A DNA stretch of 64,000 bases. Origin: Eledone cirrhosa (lineage: Eukaryota). A model generated the notes under the pieces. It did no database searches. It was not told where the DNA came from and worked only from the letters and a program-made list of their open reading frames with translations. The stretch spans positions 44,392,001 to 44,456,000 of the forward strand of contig OZ024753.1 in NCBI GenBank assembly GCA_964016885.1, given 5' to 3'. Both the position numbers and the translations under genes were made by a program. This document shows positions 28,610 through 41,660 of this stretch, one piece after another; within the stretch, counting starts at the first letter, position 1; every line of letters begins with the position of its first letter.

Positions 28610-29830
28610 GGATAAAACTATAATGGCGGTGCCCTAGCATGGCTTCACCTAGTCAGCTGGAACACATAAAAGTATAAACCATTTTTTTGTCTTTTTGTTT
28701 CTCTTATTTTACTCTACTCTAGTTTTCACTCATATATTCCTAGCCTGCATTATACTGTCTTTCCTCAAACAATCCTAACCACATATCATCATCACCGTTT
28801 TACATCCATTCTTCCACGTTAGCATGGGTTAGATGGGTTGTCCTGTTGTGGGCAGTGTCCAGTCGGCTGACCTTGCCATGCTCATATGGGAACTGATTCT
28901 GGCTTGATTTCTACAGCTGGATGCCCTTCCTAACACCAACCTCATTTACAGTGAGTGCTGGGTGATTTTTTTGCCGTGGCACCTCTACGACCACTTTGCA
29001 GTGGAATGATAGGGACCCCAGTCCTATCATCTCATTTCTACAGCTGAGTAAATTGGAGCAATGTGAAATAAAGTGTCTTGCTCAAGAAAACAACACATCA
29101 CCGGGTCTGAGAATTGAACTCACAACCTTTCGATTGCAATCTCTAACCACTAAGCCATACACCTTCATATATGTAAATATTTACTTTAATGATGATTGTA
29201 CAATGTTAACCCAAAATGTCATTCTGCTAAAGAGGATATATGATCTGCAAAAGTTTTAACAGTAAAGTGCAAGAAATTTGTGTCACGGCTGATTGCTGAT
29301 ACAGTCTCTCTTTATTCTTTTGGATTATGAAAATGTTTTGAATTATCTGACATAAGAATAAAATTGAAAATATTACGAGAAGGTCAATGTTTGACAAATA
29401 TCAGTCTTGGTTATTTTGAAGTAAAGAGGATAAAGAAAATGTATATTGTCTTATGTGTGTGTGTGTGAGTGTCTGTGTGTGTGAGTGTGAATGTCTGTGT
29501 GTGTGAATGTTTGTGTGTGTGTGTGTGAATGTATGTGTGTGTGAATGTATGTGTGTCTGTGAATGTATGTGTGTCTGTGTGTCTGTGTGACAGTGTTTAT
29601 GTATGTACATATAAACAGATATAGCTGTGGATTTGAAATATTTACTTTACAACAACATGATCCTGAGCTCATTTCCACAGCACCTCACCTTGAGCAAGCA
29701 TTTTCTTCTTTAGCCATGGGTTGACCATGACTATATGTGGAATATTGCAGACAGCAAATGCATAGTAGCCCATCGTATATGTGTATATATATATATATGT
29801 GTGTGTTTGCGTGTGTGTGGATCTCTATCT

Positions 29831-30247
29831 CATCATCATCATCATCATCACCGTTTTACGTCCGTTCTTCCACGCTAGCATGGGTTAGACGGGTTGTCCT
29901 GTTGTGGGCAGTGTCTGGTCGGCTGACCATGCCTTGCTCATACAGGAACTGATCTGGCTTGATTTCTACAGCTGGATGCCCTTCCTAACACCAACCTCAT
30001 TTACAGTGAGTGCTGGGTGCTTTTTCGTGGCGCCTACACGTCCACTTTACAGTGTGGGCTGGGTGCTTTTTTGCCGTGGCACCTCCACGACCACCTTGCG
30101 GTGGGGGGAGTGGGGGCATATTGTTTATATGCTTCAGCATGTACCCATGGGAGGTCGGGTACCCTGTATTACTGCGTGACGCCAGAAGTCACGGTCGTGT
30201 GTCATTGACTTTGAGAGGTGTAGTTGGGTAAGGTCGAGTAAGTATCT
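29831..30247 (-). mobile_element. RTE LINE 3' end: ORF terminus, 3' UTR and (GAT)n tail
   Basis: LDLTQLHLSKSMTHDRDFWRHAVIQGTR followed by the same 3' UTR and tail as 25968-26455. Confidence 0.68.
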
Positions 30248-31856
30248 ATGTATATATATGAATGTTTGTCTCTCTCACTATTCTCCCTGCCACAGCAAGG
30301 ATAGCTTTGCAGGTTCCACGACATATTTTATATCCATCATTGGGGTAAGAAGGTGTTGTGGAGATATTTTCTGGTCAGATGCCCTTCCGGGTGCCAACGT
30401 TTTTAAGTCCTTCTCATGAAACACTGTTTAGACAATATGTAGACAATATAGAAAAGAACAAGAAAACAAAATAATAATGATTATAATGATATAGTGATGA
30501 TGATGATGATGATGGGAAGGGGAGGAGTACATGTTCATCAAAATACATTTTATAAGGCAAACCATTTTATAATAATAGCAGAAATTAAAAAAAAAAGATA
30601 ACTAACTAGAAGGCAAAAAAGATTCTATCAACTTACACACATGCAAATAAACACACACTTACACATGCACAAACGTATTTCCAAATATATATATATATAT
30701 ATAATCATAACTTTATATATATGTGTGTGTGTGTCCTAGAAAAAAAAAATCAAATTTGAATGTTATTTCCAATTTCTTTCATGATAAATTGCCATATAAC
30801 AATATTTCTTCAAGATGAAATGATTTCTCAGGAAAATATTCTCTGAGTTGGGAAGAAATAACGTCATGATTATTCAAAGTTATTTTCGTGAGCAATTTCG
30901 TTAGTAGAATTTAAGGTGAGGAATAAACAGAGGACATAAAACTCAGTGAAGACTACATTCTACTATAATAATAAAAATGATTTCTATAGTAGACACAAGG
31001 AATGCATTTTTTGGGAGCAGGTGAAAAAAATCGATTAAATCTACTCAGTGCATTACTGGTGCTTTATTTACCGACCTCGTAAGGATGAAAGGCAAAGCTA
31101 CCAATTACTCCTTCCAACGAAGCTACAAGAGAAAGTTTTATGTATTTAAAGTATTAAAACGTTAAATTTATTTATTTATGTATAAATACGGCAAGTGCAG
31201 CAATAGAAGATAAATAAAACTTCAAAATAATTATAATATCCGACATTGTTTTGAGAATAATAGTGTAAAATTGTGACACCGGTTTAGGGATTTCAAGTAA
31301 CCCTTGCCCTCTCGTCCCCACGGTCATTTGATGTTCAGATTAAAAAAGGGATGGGGAGTAAATTAATTGTTTTATTCATTAACTTATATGAAACAAGGAA
31401 CAAGATGCCGGGAAAGAAATTTAAAAATTTGCTCTCGTTAAAAAAAATAAAATTCAACCATTACCCCTCCCATGATGCAACAGTTGCAGGTAAATAATTT
31501 GACGATTTAGCGACATCAGTTCCTTAAATTTCTCCGAGCTGAAATCTCAAGAACGATAACTCTGTCTTTACTTAATCGCAAAAATGGGTGTAAAAAAGTT
31601 TCAGTTGGGAAAGTTTTTTATTTGTATCTCTCTCTCTCTCTCTCTGTATATAATTACTTAACACGCAGACACACACATATATATATAATATATAATATAT
31701 ATATATATATATATATAAAGAGAGAGAGCAGTGGCACTCCGTCGGTTACGACGACGAGAATTTCTGTTTTTTTATTACCTACGTAACTATGTATGTTTAC
31801 ACTCTTTACAAATTATTCCCCGTAATTGTTTGATGTGTTTATTATATATATATATA

Positions 31857-32022
31857 ACAAAGGAATTGTGGTAAGGAACCAAATGGACAATAACACACCA
31901 GAGTACTCAATACTTAGGGTAGTAGAGTGGGAAATAGGAAAAAGTATGACCCCGACGGCAGAGCTCAAGCCGTTTCGGGGGATATGTGTGGACTCTGCCG
32001 TCGAGGTCATACTTTTTCCTAT
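31857..32022 (-). mobile_element. Same family as 22849, with short inverted arm
   Basis: Aligns with the left arm of 22849; inverted piece ctctgccgtcgaggtcatactttttccta ends in TA. Confidence 0.65.
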
Positions 32023-32025
32023 ATA

Positions 32026-32604
32026 AAGCTAACTTGGGCAGGATTTGAACTCAGGGGGATTACAATAAAATTGATTAAAAATACACAATAACAAAAACAA
32101 CAATGAAATTCTTTCTACTTTTGGCACAAGGCCAGCAATTACCCCAGTGCATTACTGGTACTTTATTTTATCGACCCCGTAAGGGTGAAAGGCAAAGTTA
32201 ACCTTGGCGGGATTTGAACTCAGACCGCAAAGGGACGTAACTCTATGCTACAAAGAATGGCACCCAATCCTCCACCGCTGTTTATACTTCATGAAAGGCA
32301 AAGCTAACCTTGGCAGGATTTGAACTCAGAATATAAAGGGCCATAACTCTATGCTGCAAAACAATGGATAAATATGAATAAACAGTTGGTAGATTCTTTT
32401 CTTTATTCTTTAAGAATAATTGTTTCTACGTTAGGCACAAGGCCAGCAATTACCCAGTGCATTACTGGTACTTTTATTTTATCGACCCCGTAAGGGTGAA
32501 AGGCAAAGTTAACCTTGGCGGGATTTGAACTCAGAATGGCAAGGGCCGTAACTCTATACGTCAAAGCATGGCGTCCGACCCTCTACCAATACTGCCAATC
32601 CACC
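32026..32604 (-). mobile_element. Cluster of SINE family A copies
   Basis: Full copies ~32107-32277 and 32418-32604 plus two fragments. Confidence 0.75.
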
Positions 32605-32823
32605 GATTCTTTAAGAATAATGGTTGATAGTCTCTACCCCCCAGCAAGTCAGCCTACCCCCCCCCCCCCCCATCCTTAAGCAACCAACCTTTTCCGAAGC
32701 TTAAACACAGTAATTGTCTGTTAAAGTGAGTTGACAAATATTCCAATACAAAATAAATCTACAATTATCTGACAAAATGGTTCCTACCAGTAGAATCAAT
32801 ACCTTAAATAGAATTATGCAAAC

Positions 32824-32915
32824 TATATATATATATATATATATACATACATATATATATATACACACACATATGTAGCTGTGTGTGAATATATATATAT
32901 ATATATACACATATG

Positions 32916-32972
<57 letters not shown>

Positions 32973-33007
32973 GTATGTGTATATATATATATATATATAT
33001 ACATATG

Positions 33008-33048
<41 letters not shown>

Positions 33049-33049
33049 G

Positions 33050-33092
<43 letters not shown>

Positions 33093-33230
33093 GTATGTGT
33101 ATATATATATATATATATACACACACATATGAGCTGTGTGTGAATATATATATATATATATATATACACATATGTATGTGTATATATATATACATATGTA
33201 TGTGTATATATATATATATATATACACATG

Positions 33231-33285
<55 letters not shown>

Positions 33286-33425
33286 GTATGTGTATATATA
33301 TATATATATATACATATGTATGTGTATATATATATATATATATACATATGTATGTGTATATATATATAATATAATATAAAATAAAATATATATATATATA
33401 TATACACACACACATGTATGTGTGA

Positions 33426-33460
<35 letters not shown>

Positions 33461-33545
33461 TGTATGTGTGAATATATATATATATATATATATACACACA
33501 TGCATGTGTGTATATATATATATACACACATATGTATGTGTATCA
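32824..33545. repeat. (TA)n tract punctuated by CATATGTATGTG
   Basis: Directly visible. Confidence 0.9.
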
Positions 33546-33750
33546 ACATATAAGAAAGAGAGAAAAGCCACTATGAAAGTTTGTTAAATAAAAAAGAACT
33601 GATGATAGCTGCAAGTGTTGTAACTAACAAGAGCAAAGCTAAACAGTTTCTACAATACTTTACAATGTAGTGAGTGTCAATAAAAAAAATATTGAGATTT
33701 TTCCTCGTGGTCTTTTCCATTATAATATGAAATATTGTAGGTAAATATAA

Positions 33751-33940
33751 ATAATTGTTTCTACTTTAGGCACAAGGCAAGCAATTACCCAGTGCATTAC
33801 TGGTACTTTATTTTATCGACCTCGTAAGGATGAAAGGCAAAGTCAACCTCGGTGGGATTTGAACTCAGAATGGCAAGAGTCATAACTCCATACGTCAAAG
33901 CATGGCGTCCGACCCTCCACCGATACTGCCAATCCACCGC
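33751..33940 (-). mobile_element. SINE family A
   Basis: Full-length reverse copy. Confidence 0.75.
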
Positions 33941-34196
33941 AGTACAAATTAATACAATTCTAATAATAAATGAGTGGCATTACTATATAACTTTTGAAAT
34001 CCTTCGTTCTTTTTATAAGGAAGTGTTTGGTGATTAGGTGTGGGTACCATCTGCACATGGACTATGTATTTCACACACATACATACACATATATGCATAT
34101 ATATATACACACATACATACACACACACACCATCTAAGCCAAGCAAGCATGGAAAACAGACATAAAAATGATGACACACGCACACATATATATATA

Positions 34197-34400
34197 TAGA
34201 AGTAGTTCCACAGCAGTTAGTTCACCATACTGAGAACAAATGTTTCACCCTATGTGGATCGTCAGCTCGGTCTGAAACATAAGGTGAAACATTTGTTCTC
34301 GGTATGGTGAACTAACTGTTGTGGAACTACTTCTACCAAACTCATCCCATGGACTGAGTGCTCTACCACTACAGATATAAACCTCTAGTGTCCTACTACT
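34197..34400 (+). mobile_element. (TA)n-flanked hammerhead element with 5' inverted arm
   Basis: 34198-34255 is inverted relative to 34277-34335; 3' part matches 20450-20550 (-) and resembles 40445-40504. Confidence 0.65.
34230..34270 (-). ncRNA. Minimal type I hammerhead ribozyme
   Basis: Minus strand: CCGAG-CTGACGA-TCCACATAGGGT-GAAAC-ATTT-GTT^CTCAG. The inverted arm reads CTCGG, a perfect stem I partner. GUU triplet. Confidence 0.75.
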
Positions 34401-35544
34401 ATATATATATTATATATATACATATATATATATTATAGGAAAATGTTTAACCCCAACGGCAGAGCTCAAGCCGTTTCGATGGCTATTATACCATAAAGAT
34501 TTGGGACCCAACAGCTGAGATCTAGTCATTCCAACAGTTAGTTCCATTCCAGACTATTTATTGAAGGGCTTTGCAATTGACTGTGAGAATGTGACTGTGT
34601 GAGTGTATATTGGAAGATTTTAATTTAAATAGGAACCTGCTATAATGGATGATCATTTTACATAGAACTAGACCCAGTTTTGGCTGGTTTGGCATTAAAA
34701 GTGTTAAAACCAGAATTTATTTGCTTCCTTAGTCCATTAATCAGTTGATTATAAAATAGTTTACTATGGAAGTATAACATTATTCATGTCTATCTGATAA
34801 ATATCTTCTACTTACCATTGTTTTAATCCTATTTTAAGCTTTACAACTTTGAATTCCATGAAATTGCTTATAATTGCTGAAAGTGCATATTTTTGCTAGA
34901 CATTTTCCTTTGATAATGCATCGTTTTAAATATTTTACATACAACATTAGATATCTCCTTTGTTCTTCATTGTTTACTTGCAACAATAGATCAGTGGTTT
35001 ATCAATTGTTTGTGCTGTGTTTTTATAGCATCTAACATATTGTGGATAATTTCTTTTTATTCAAGCTGTTGAGCAAATTCTATATTCTCTTTAATAACAT
35101 CCTTCTTATAATGGCCTACATATTTACAGATATATCACGTTTTTCTTTTATTTATTTATTTATTTTTATTTTTTATTTATTTATTTTTTTATTTTTTTAT
35201 TTTTTAGAAATAAAAAAAAATAGACATCTATAAAACTAATGAAATATATGAATGCTTGTTGGTTTCATGTAATTTTCTCCCTTACGTAAAAAATAATAAT
35301 AAAAAAAAACAGGAAACTGAGGTGAAATTGATAACCAGCCAGTGACCAACATTTCTCAGGAAAGAATCACAAGACAGATTTTACAGGCAAAACCAACCGG
35401 CAGGAGACCCAGGAGACCCAGGAGTAGACCCCTGAGCAGAATAGTTGGATAATACCCATGAGCTGGGCTGGTCTCACTAGAGGATCCAACTGTATCAATT
35501 GGAGATGGTTGCTTTTGACAAGACCCTCTGGAAAGAGTGTATAT

Positions 35545-35620
<76 letters not shown>

Positions 35621-35799
35621 ATACTTTGGGAGGGTCATGTTGTCAATAAGAAACACACGCACCATGACCCTCCCAAAGTATAATAATATCGGTTTCAACA
35701 CACGATTTCAGATAAAGAATCTTGCTAAACAAATTCAGAAACGAAATATATATATATACAATATTAAATAAATGGAAACTATATTTATAAAACCATATT

Positions 35800-35865
35800 T
35801 ATTTCATTATATATATTTCAGGGATATCATATTAACAATAAGCTATGCCTTCCTCAGACAAAATA
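35800..35865 (-). ncRNA. Type I hammerhead ribozyme (inverted twin of 36100-36165)
   Basis: Reverse-complement copy in the left arm of the 35757-36208 inverted repeat; TCCTCAG at 35851-35857. Confidence 0.72.
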
Positions 35866-36099
35866 CAATATAAACAGTTTTATAGATAAATATATTCGAC
35901 ATACCGTAACAACATCTACTTGCATTTGAGAAGGTTGATTTGGTAGTGACAAAATTGTACACAGAGAGAAAGAAAGAGAGAGAGAAAGAGAGAAAAAGAG
36001 AGAAAAAGAATGTTGTCACTACCAAATCAACCTTCTCAAATGCAAGTAGATGTTGTTACGGTATGTCGAATATATTTATCTATAAAACTGTTTATATTG

Positions 36100-36165
36100 T
36101 ATTTTGTCTGAGGAAGGCATAGCATATTGTTAATATGATATCCCTGAAATATATATAATGAAATA
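36100..36165 (+). ncRNA. Type I hammerhead ribozyme (same family as 36353-36417)
   Basis: TATTTTGT-CTGAGGA-AGGCATAGCATATTGTTAATATGATATCCCT-GAAA-T-ATAT-ATA^ATGAAATA; stem II loop differs from the sister copy but still pairs (CATATT/AATATG). Confidence 0.75.
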
Positions 36166-36352
36166 AATATGGTTTTATAAATATAGTTTCCATTTATTTA
36201 ATATTGTAAATATACTCCAAATATTTGTCGAGTGCTTTTATATCAGTTATAAATATTTACTAGTTGTAACCCAACAATTTAAATATAACTTTCCATATAT
36301 ATATATATATACGATAATTAATAAATGGAAACTATATTTATAAAACCATATT

Positions 36353-36417
36353 TATTTCATTATACATATTTCAGGGATACCAAATTAAATTATGGTATGC
36401 CTTCATCAGACAAAATA
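36353..36417 (-). ncRNA. Type I hammerhead ribozyme (minimal stem III)
   Basis: Minus strand: TATTTTGT-CTGATGA-AGGCATACCA(taatttaatt)TGGTATCCCT-GAAA-T-ATGT-ATA^ATGAAATA. 8-bp stem I with two G-U pairs, 9/10-bp stem II, AUA triplet. Confidence 0.8.
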
Positions 36418-36557
36418 CAATATATAGCAGTTTTACAAATAAGCTTTGACGTACCCTATTAAAATGCAACCATTGTTTTGGGAAGCCATCCGGATAGCTT
36501 TATATCAGTTATAAAAATATTTACTTGTTGTATCCCAACAATTTTAAATAGAACTTT

Positions 36558-36599
<42 letters not shown>

Positions 36600-36830
36600 G
36601 AATATGAGAGACAGTTTTATTTGTACATCTTCTTTTTATTACATATGTCTTCTTTTTGTGTAATAAATAGATGATGTACAAATAAAATTGTCTCTCTTAT
36701 TCATAATATTCAAACTGCAGTTGATATATTACTGAGACCATCTTAAGAAATACAAATCATAGAATGCTTTAAATCTGTTTACAAAAAAGTCGGCAGATTA
36801 TATGATCAACCAACTTTCATCAATTGAATA

Positions 36831-36868
<38 letters not shown>

Positions 36869-37864
36869 GTAACTACAAACTCTAGATTTGCCAATTGTAA
36901 TTTGTATTCTTATATGTAAACATTACTCTACATATATTTCTGATACAGAATTATACAAACAGTGCTTTGTATACAACATGTGTTTATGAATGTGTGTGTA
37001 CGTGTGTGTTTATGTTTGCATTATTCTAAATGCTGGCTTTTGTAAAAACATTTTTCATGTTGTGACCTTTTAAATGCAGTAGCATAGCAGTTCAACACAT
37101 AGAAATCGATAAAATAAATACCTGACTAAAATAATTACTAGGCTATGAAGTGAAATTCTTAAACCCTTTCAGAGCAGTGAAAGAAAAGTAGTGGTGGTAG
37201 TGGTGATGGTGGGGTGGCAGAGGCAGTAGTAGTGGTGGTGGTAGAGGCGGTGGTGGTGGTGCTGGTAGTGTTGGTGGTGTGGTGGTAGTGGTGTTGGTGC
37301 TGTGTTTAGTTCACTAACATCAACAACATTGACATCTGTAAATCGAACTTTTCACAAGAAGTCTATAACATTTCTTCTCAAAGTGCCATTTAGTTTTAGT
37401 TTCACTATCTTCTTCACAGGTTATAAGGGGCTCTACTGAACAGTTTCTATTAAGTTAATAATCAGTTTGCATTCATTTGACACAAGTTAGCAATCTAAAC
37501 TCTCAGCTCTTAATACAACCTGTCATCAAACCATTTCTACATCAAGTTATTTTTACCTGTCAACTTTGGTTAATTACATAGTTCTGAACTGACTCATTAA
37601 ACAATGAATAGCTGGTCAATGAAGGAAAAGAAATTCCCTTTATGTATGGCCTTTAATCTCTTAAAGGGTTTTAACTAACACGGAAAGATTGACTATAATT
37701 GAAAGAGTGCATTGCCTATAATATATTGACTTAAGAATTTTAAGACCTGCAATTAAAGGAAGTGTTAAGTTTGAAGTGATCATGAATTATTTGTTTCAAA
37801 AATAGGGTTTACTAAAATTATTATTTATTTCATTACTAAGATAGAACAATGATGGCTGCTTATT

Positions 37865-38003
37865 AATAATTGTTTCTACTTTTGGCACAAGGCCAGCAAA
37901 TATCCCAGTACATTACTGGTACTTTATTTTATCGACCCCGTAAGGATGAAAGGCAAAGTTAACCTTGGCAGGATTCCCTCTACCGATACTGCTAATCCAC
38001 CAC
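37865..38003 (-). mobile_element. SINE family A, internally deleted
   Basis: Head and tail present, B-box region missing. Confidence 0.7.
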
Positions 38004-38227
38004 CTGTTTATTAATAATGTATCTAAATTATTTTCATATTTTTATTAATAATTTAGCTGACAATGTTTATTATTGATTGACTAACAGATAAAAATATAAA
38101 TATAACTATAATTTCTCAAAGTTCTTATGTCATTATTGTCCTAATATTGCCAAAAATATACAAGCAAGACATGAGCACCTGATCTGACTTGTCTCAAATG
38201 GGACAACACATCTAACCCATGCTAGTT

Positions 38228-38548
38228 AGATCCATGGACGAGTTCTCTCCAGCGGTCTCTGTCCCTCATTATCGCTGCCATGTTCTGCGTCTCCAAGAGA
38301 CCAGTGTCTGTCCTTAGGGCATATGTTAACCTCGGTCTTCCTCTTCCAGTGTGTTCATGCAGAGGTTCCTACAGGAGCACTGAGTGCAGTGTTAACTCTG
38401 GATCTCGATGAGCATGTTCAGCTAACCTCAGTCTCCTCTCGAGCTGACTTTTGGGAGGCTCCCGTACATCTCTGAGTTCTTCATCCTCAGTGTATACTGA
38501 TTAATGTTCAGAGCCATCCTCAGCATTCTTGTGTAGCACCCATCCACC
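38228..38548 (-). mobile_element. RTE-like LINE C-terminal fragment
   Basis: DGCYTRMLRMALNI...YGSLPKVSS...GRGRPRLTY...MRDRDRWRELV. Confidence 0.75.
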
Positions 38549-39138
38549 AAAAGCAGGAAGAAAGAGAGAGATGGAGAGAAGAAGGAGCCCTGTTCTGAGA
38601 GGGGGTGACCTTGTTTGATGAGGGTGTGGAGCTGAACATTCACCCCTCTGCTCCCAATAAATCCAGCCCCGTAGGTACATGATTACAATTATTGGCAGGA
38701 ATTATATAGACTACAGTAAAGGTAAATACAACAATGTACTTGGCCCCAATGTTCTAATAATTCTCCCTATTCTCCCAGTCTACAATCCACTGATGTTTTA
38801 TGACATTAATACCAACAGGTCCTGAAAATATGTCTTTATATATTCAGATAATAAATCATAAAAATATATTGATTAGATGTATTATCAAATTTATCTTCCT
38901 TTTATTTATTAGTAGATAGAAGTTTTTGTCTGTCAATATATTGATATGACAAGGGTCTCATCCCTAGATAACTTGAGTTCAAATCTTATTGAAGTAAATA
39001 CTTTGCTTTTCATCATTTCGCGATCGATGAAACAAATTGTTGGTGAGACTCTTCTGGTTATATTGAATTGTCTTCTGTAGTGATGCCAATCACCTGCAGG
39101 TAACCAATGCTTTATCATTAGAATGGCAACAAAACATT

Positions 39139-39175
<37 letters not shown>

Positions 39176-39409
39176 ACAAAATTATATCTTTTGTCACATC
39201 ACCGGTTTGAGGAGCAGATCGGTGTGGTCAAATTTGGGCCTGAAATTTTGGGTGGCACCTTTGTTCAGAGTATGAACATAAATAAATAATATAATATAAT
39301 ATATATATATATATAAAACATAAATAAATAATATAATATTATATATATAAAACATAAATAAATAATATATTATATATATATATATATATATAAAACATAA
39401 ATAAATAAT

Positions 39410-40228
<819 letters not shown>

Positions 40229-40657
40229 CAAATAATATTATATATATATATATAAAACATAAATAATATAATATAATATATATATAAATAAAACATAAAT
40301 AATATAATATATATATAAATAAAACATAAATAATATAATTTATATATATATAATATATATATAACAGGGTGAATGAGTTAGGGTGTATAACCCAATAAAA
40401 CTTAAGTACCTGTTATATGTCACGGTTGTAACCAATTATACTTAACTCGTCCTATGGACCGAGTGTTCTTATCCTTGGATATTTCTACCAAACTTATACA
40501 ACAGTATATATATATTATTATAGTACACTCTGTCTAGCTCTGCCCCTCAATACTGATGTGAACCTAAACATCAAGTGCTCACCTGGGTAAACCTACAGTA
40601 ACTCCACGTTACACTCCCTGGATATATATATATTTATCTAGGGCGGGTAAAATTCCC

Positions 40658-40965
40658 GAGATCCATGGACGAGTTCTCTCCAGCGGTCTCTGTCCCTCAT
40701 CATCGCTGCCATGTCCTGCGTCTCCAACAGACCAGTGTCTGTCCTTAGGGCATCAACATATGTTAACTTCGGTCTTCCTCTTCCAGTGTGTCCATGCAGA
40801 GGCTCAGAGCAGGAGAGTTAAGGCAAAAAAGATATCAGATGCTGAATTTGCCGACGACATAGTTTTGGTGACAAATACTGTGAAGGAGGCAGAGGATTTG
40901 ATGCAGGAGGTGGAGACTGTGTCGGTGAGTGTGGGCTGAGAAAGAATGAGATTAAGACAAAATAT
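40658..40965. mobile_element. RTE-like LINE fragment with internal inversion
   Basis: 40658-40805 (-) encodes EPLHGHTGRGRPKLTYVDALRTDTG...RDRDRWRELV; 40806-40940 (+) encodes SRRVKAKKISDAEFADDIVLV (RT catalytic FADD). Confidence 0.78.
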
Positions 40966-41015
40966 CTGGTAGAGAATATTAAGAAACCAGAGAAGATATA
41001 ATATATATATATATT

Positions 41016-41350
41016 TGTTTTGCAAAGTTTTTGATATGAAATCGTGTGTCAAAACAAATATTGTTATACTTGGGGAGGGTCATATTGTAATAATATTGCC
41101 AGAAATAATAACAGAACACACTCACTGTTTGATTGGTTTTCACTTCTGTATCTATGGAGATATAAAAGATACAGAAGCGAAAACCAACCAAACAGTGAGT
41201 GTGTTCTGTTATTATTTCTGGCAATATTATTACAACAATATCTTACAGGTTCGATAAAATAAAGTACCAGTAATACACTGGGTATTTGATGGCCTTGTGC
41301 CTAACGTAGAAACAATTATTATAACAATACCACCCTCCTCAAGTATAACA

Positions 41351-41352
<2 letters not shown>
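41016..41352 (-). mobile_element. (TA)n-flanked fold-back element (sister copy 35614-35745)
   Basis: Inner palindrome 41085-41235 (~69-bp arms); outer inverted pair attgttatacttggggagggt / accctcctcaagtataacaat; a SINE fragment interrupts at ~41250-41320. Confidence 0.55.
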
Positions 41353-41381
<29 letters not shown>

Positions 41382-41442
41382 GATAGATAGATAGATAGAT
41401 GGCATGTTAGGTTTTAAGCTAGTCGAACACATAGTTAATTAG

Positions 41443-41660
41443 AAGATGATGGTGTCATACCCAATGACTGGTACAGCAGTATCGTATTAAAGTGCTGCAA
41501 GATCAAAGGAGATGTACTAGAGAGAAGTAACTACAGAGACATGAAGTTGATGGACCGGGTCATGAATGTTGCTGAAAGGGTTACAGCACAACTAATTAGG
41601 GATAGAAGCAAGTTAGATAACAGTAAGTCATTGTACCTGGCAATTGTAGATATGGAGAAG
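41443..41660 (+). mobile_element. RTE-type LINE reverse transcriptase fragment, internally deleted
   Basis: GVIPNDWYSSIVLKCCKIKGDVLERSNYRDMKLMDRVMNVAERV...LIRDR then SLYLAIVDMEK; the QFGF segment is missing. Confidence 0.8.

Larger units (their letters stand above)
35757..36295 (+). mobile_element. (TA)n-flanked hammerhead element with ~195-bp inverted arms and 3' extension
   Basis: 35757-35952 is the near-perfect reverse complement of 36013-36208 across a ~60-nt GA-rich spacer; sister copy at 36312-36562, fragment at 21770-21841. Confidence 0.7.

Noticed and set aside
41014-41060. Hammerhead-like fold TATTTGTTTT...GAAATCGTGTGTC-AAAACAAATA
   Set aside because: No CUGANGA in this copy or the sister copy, and it is antisense to the inferred element orientation.
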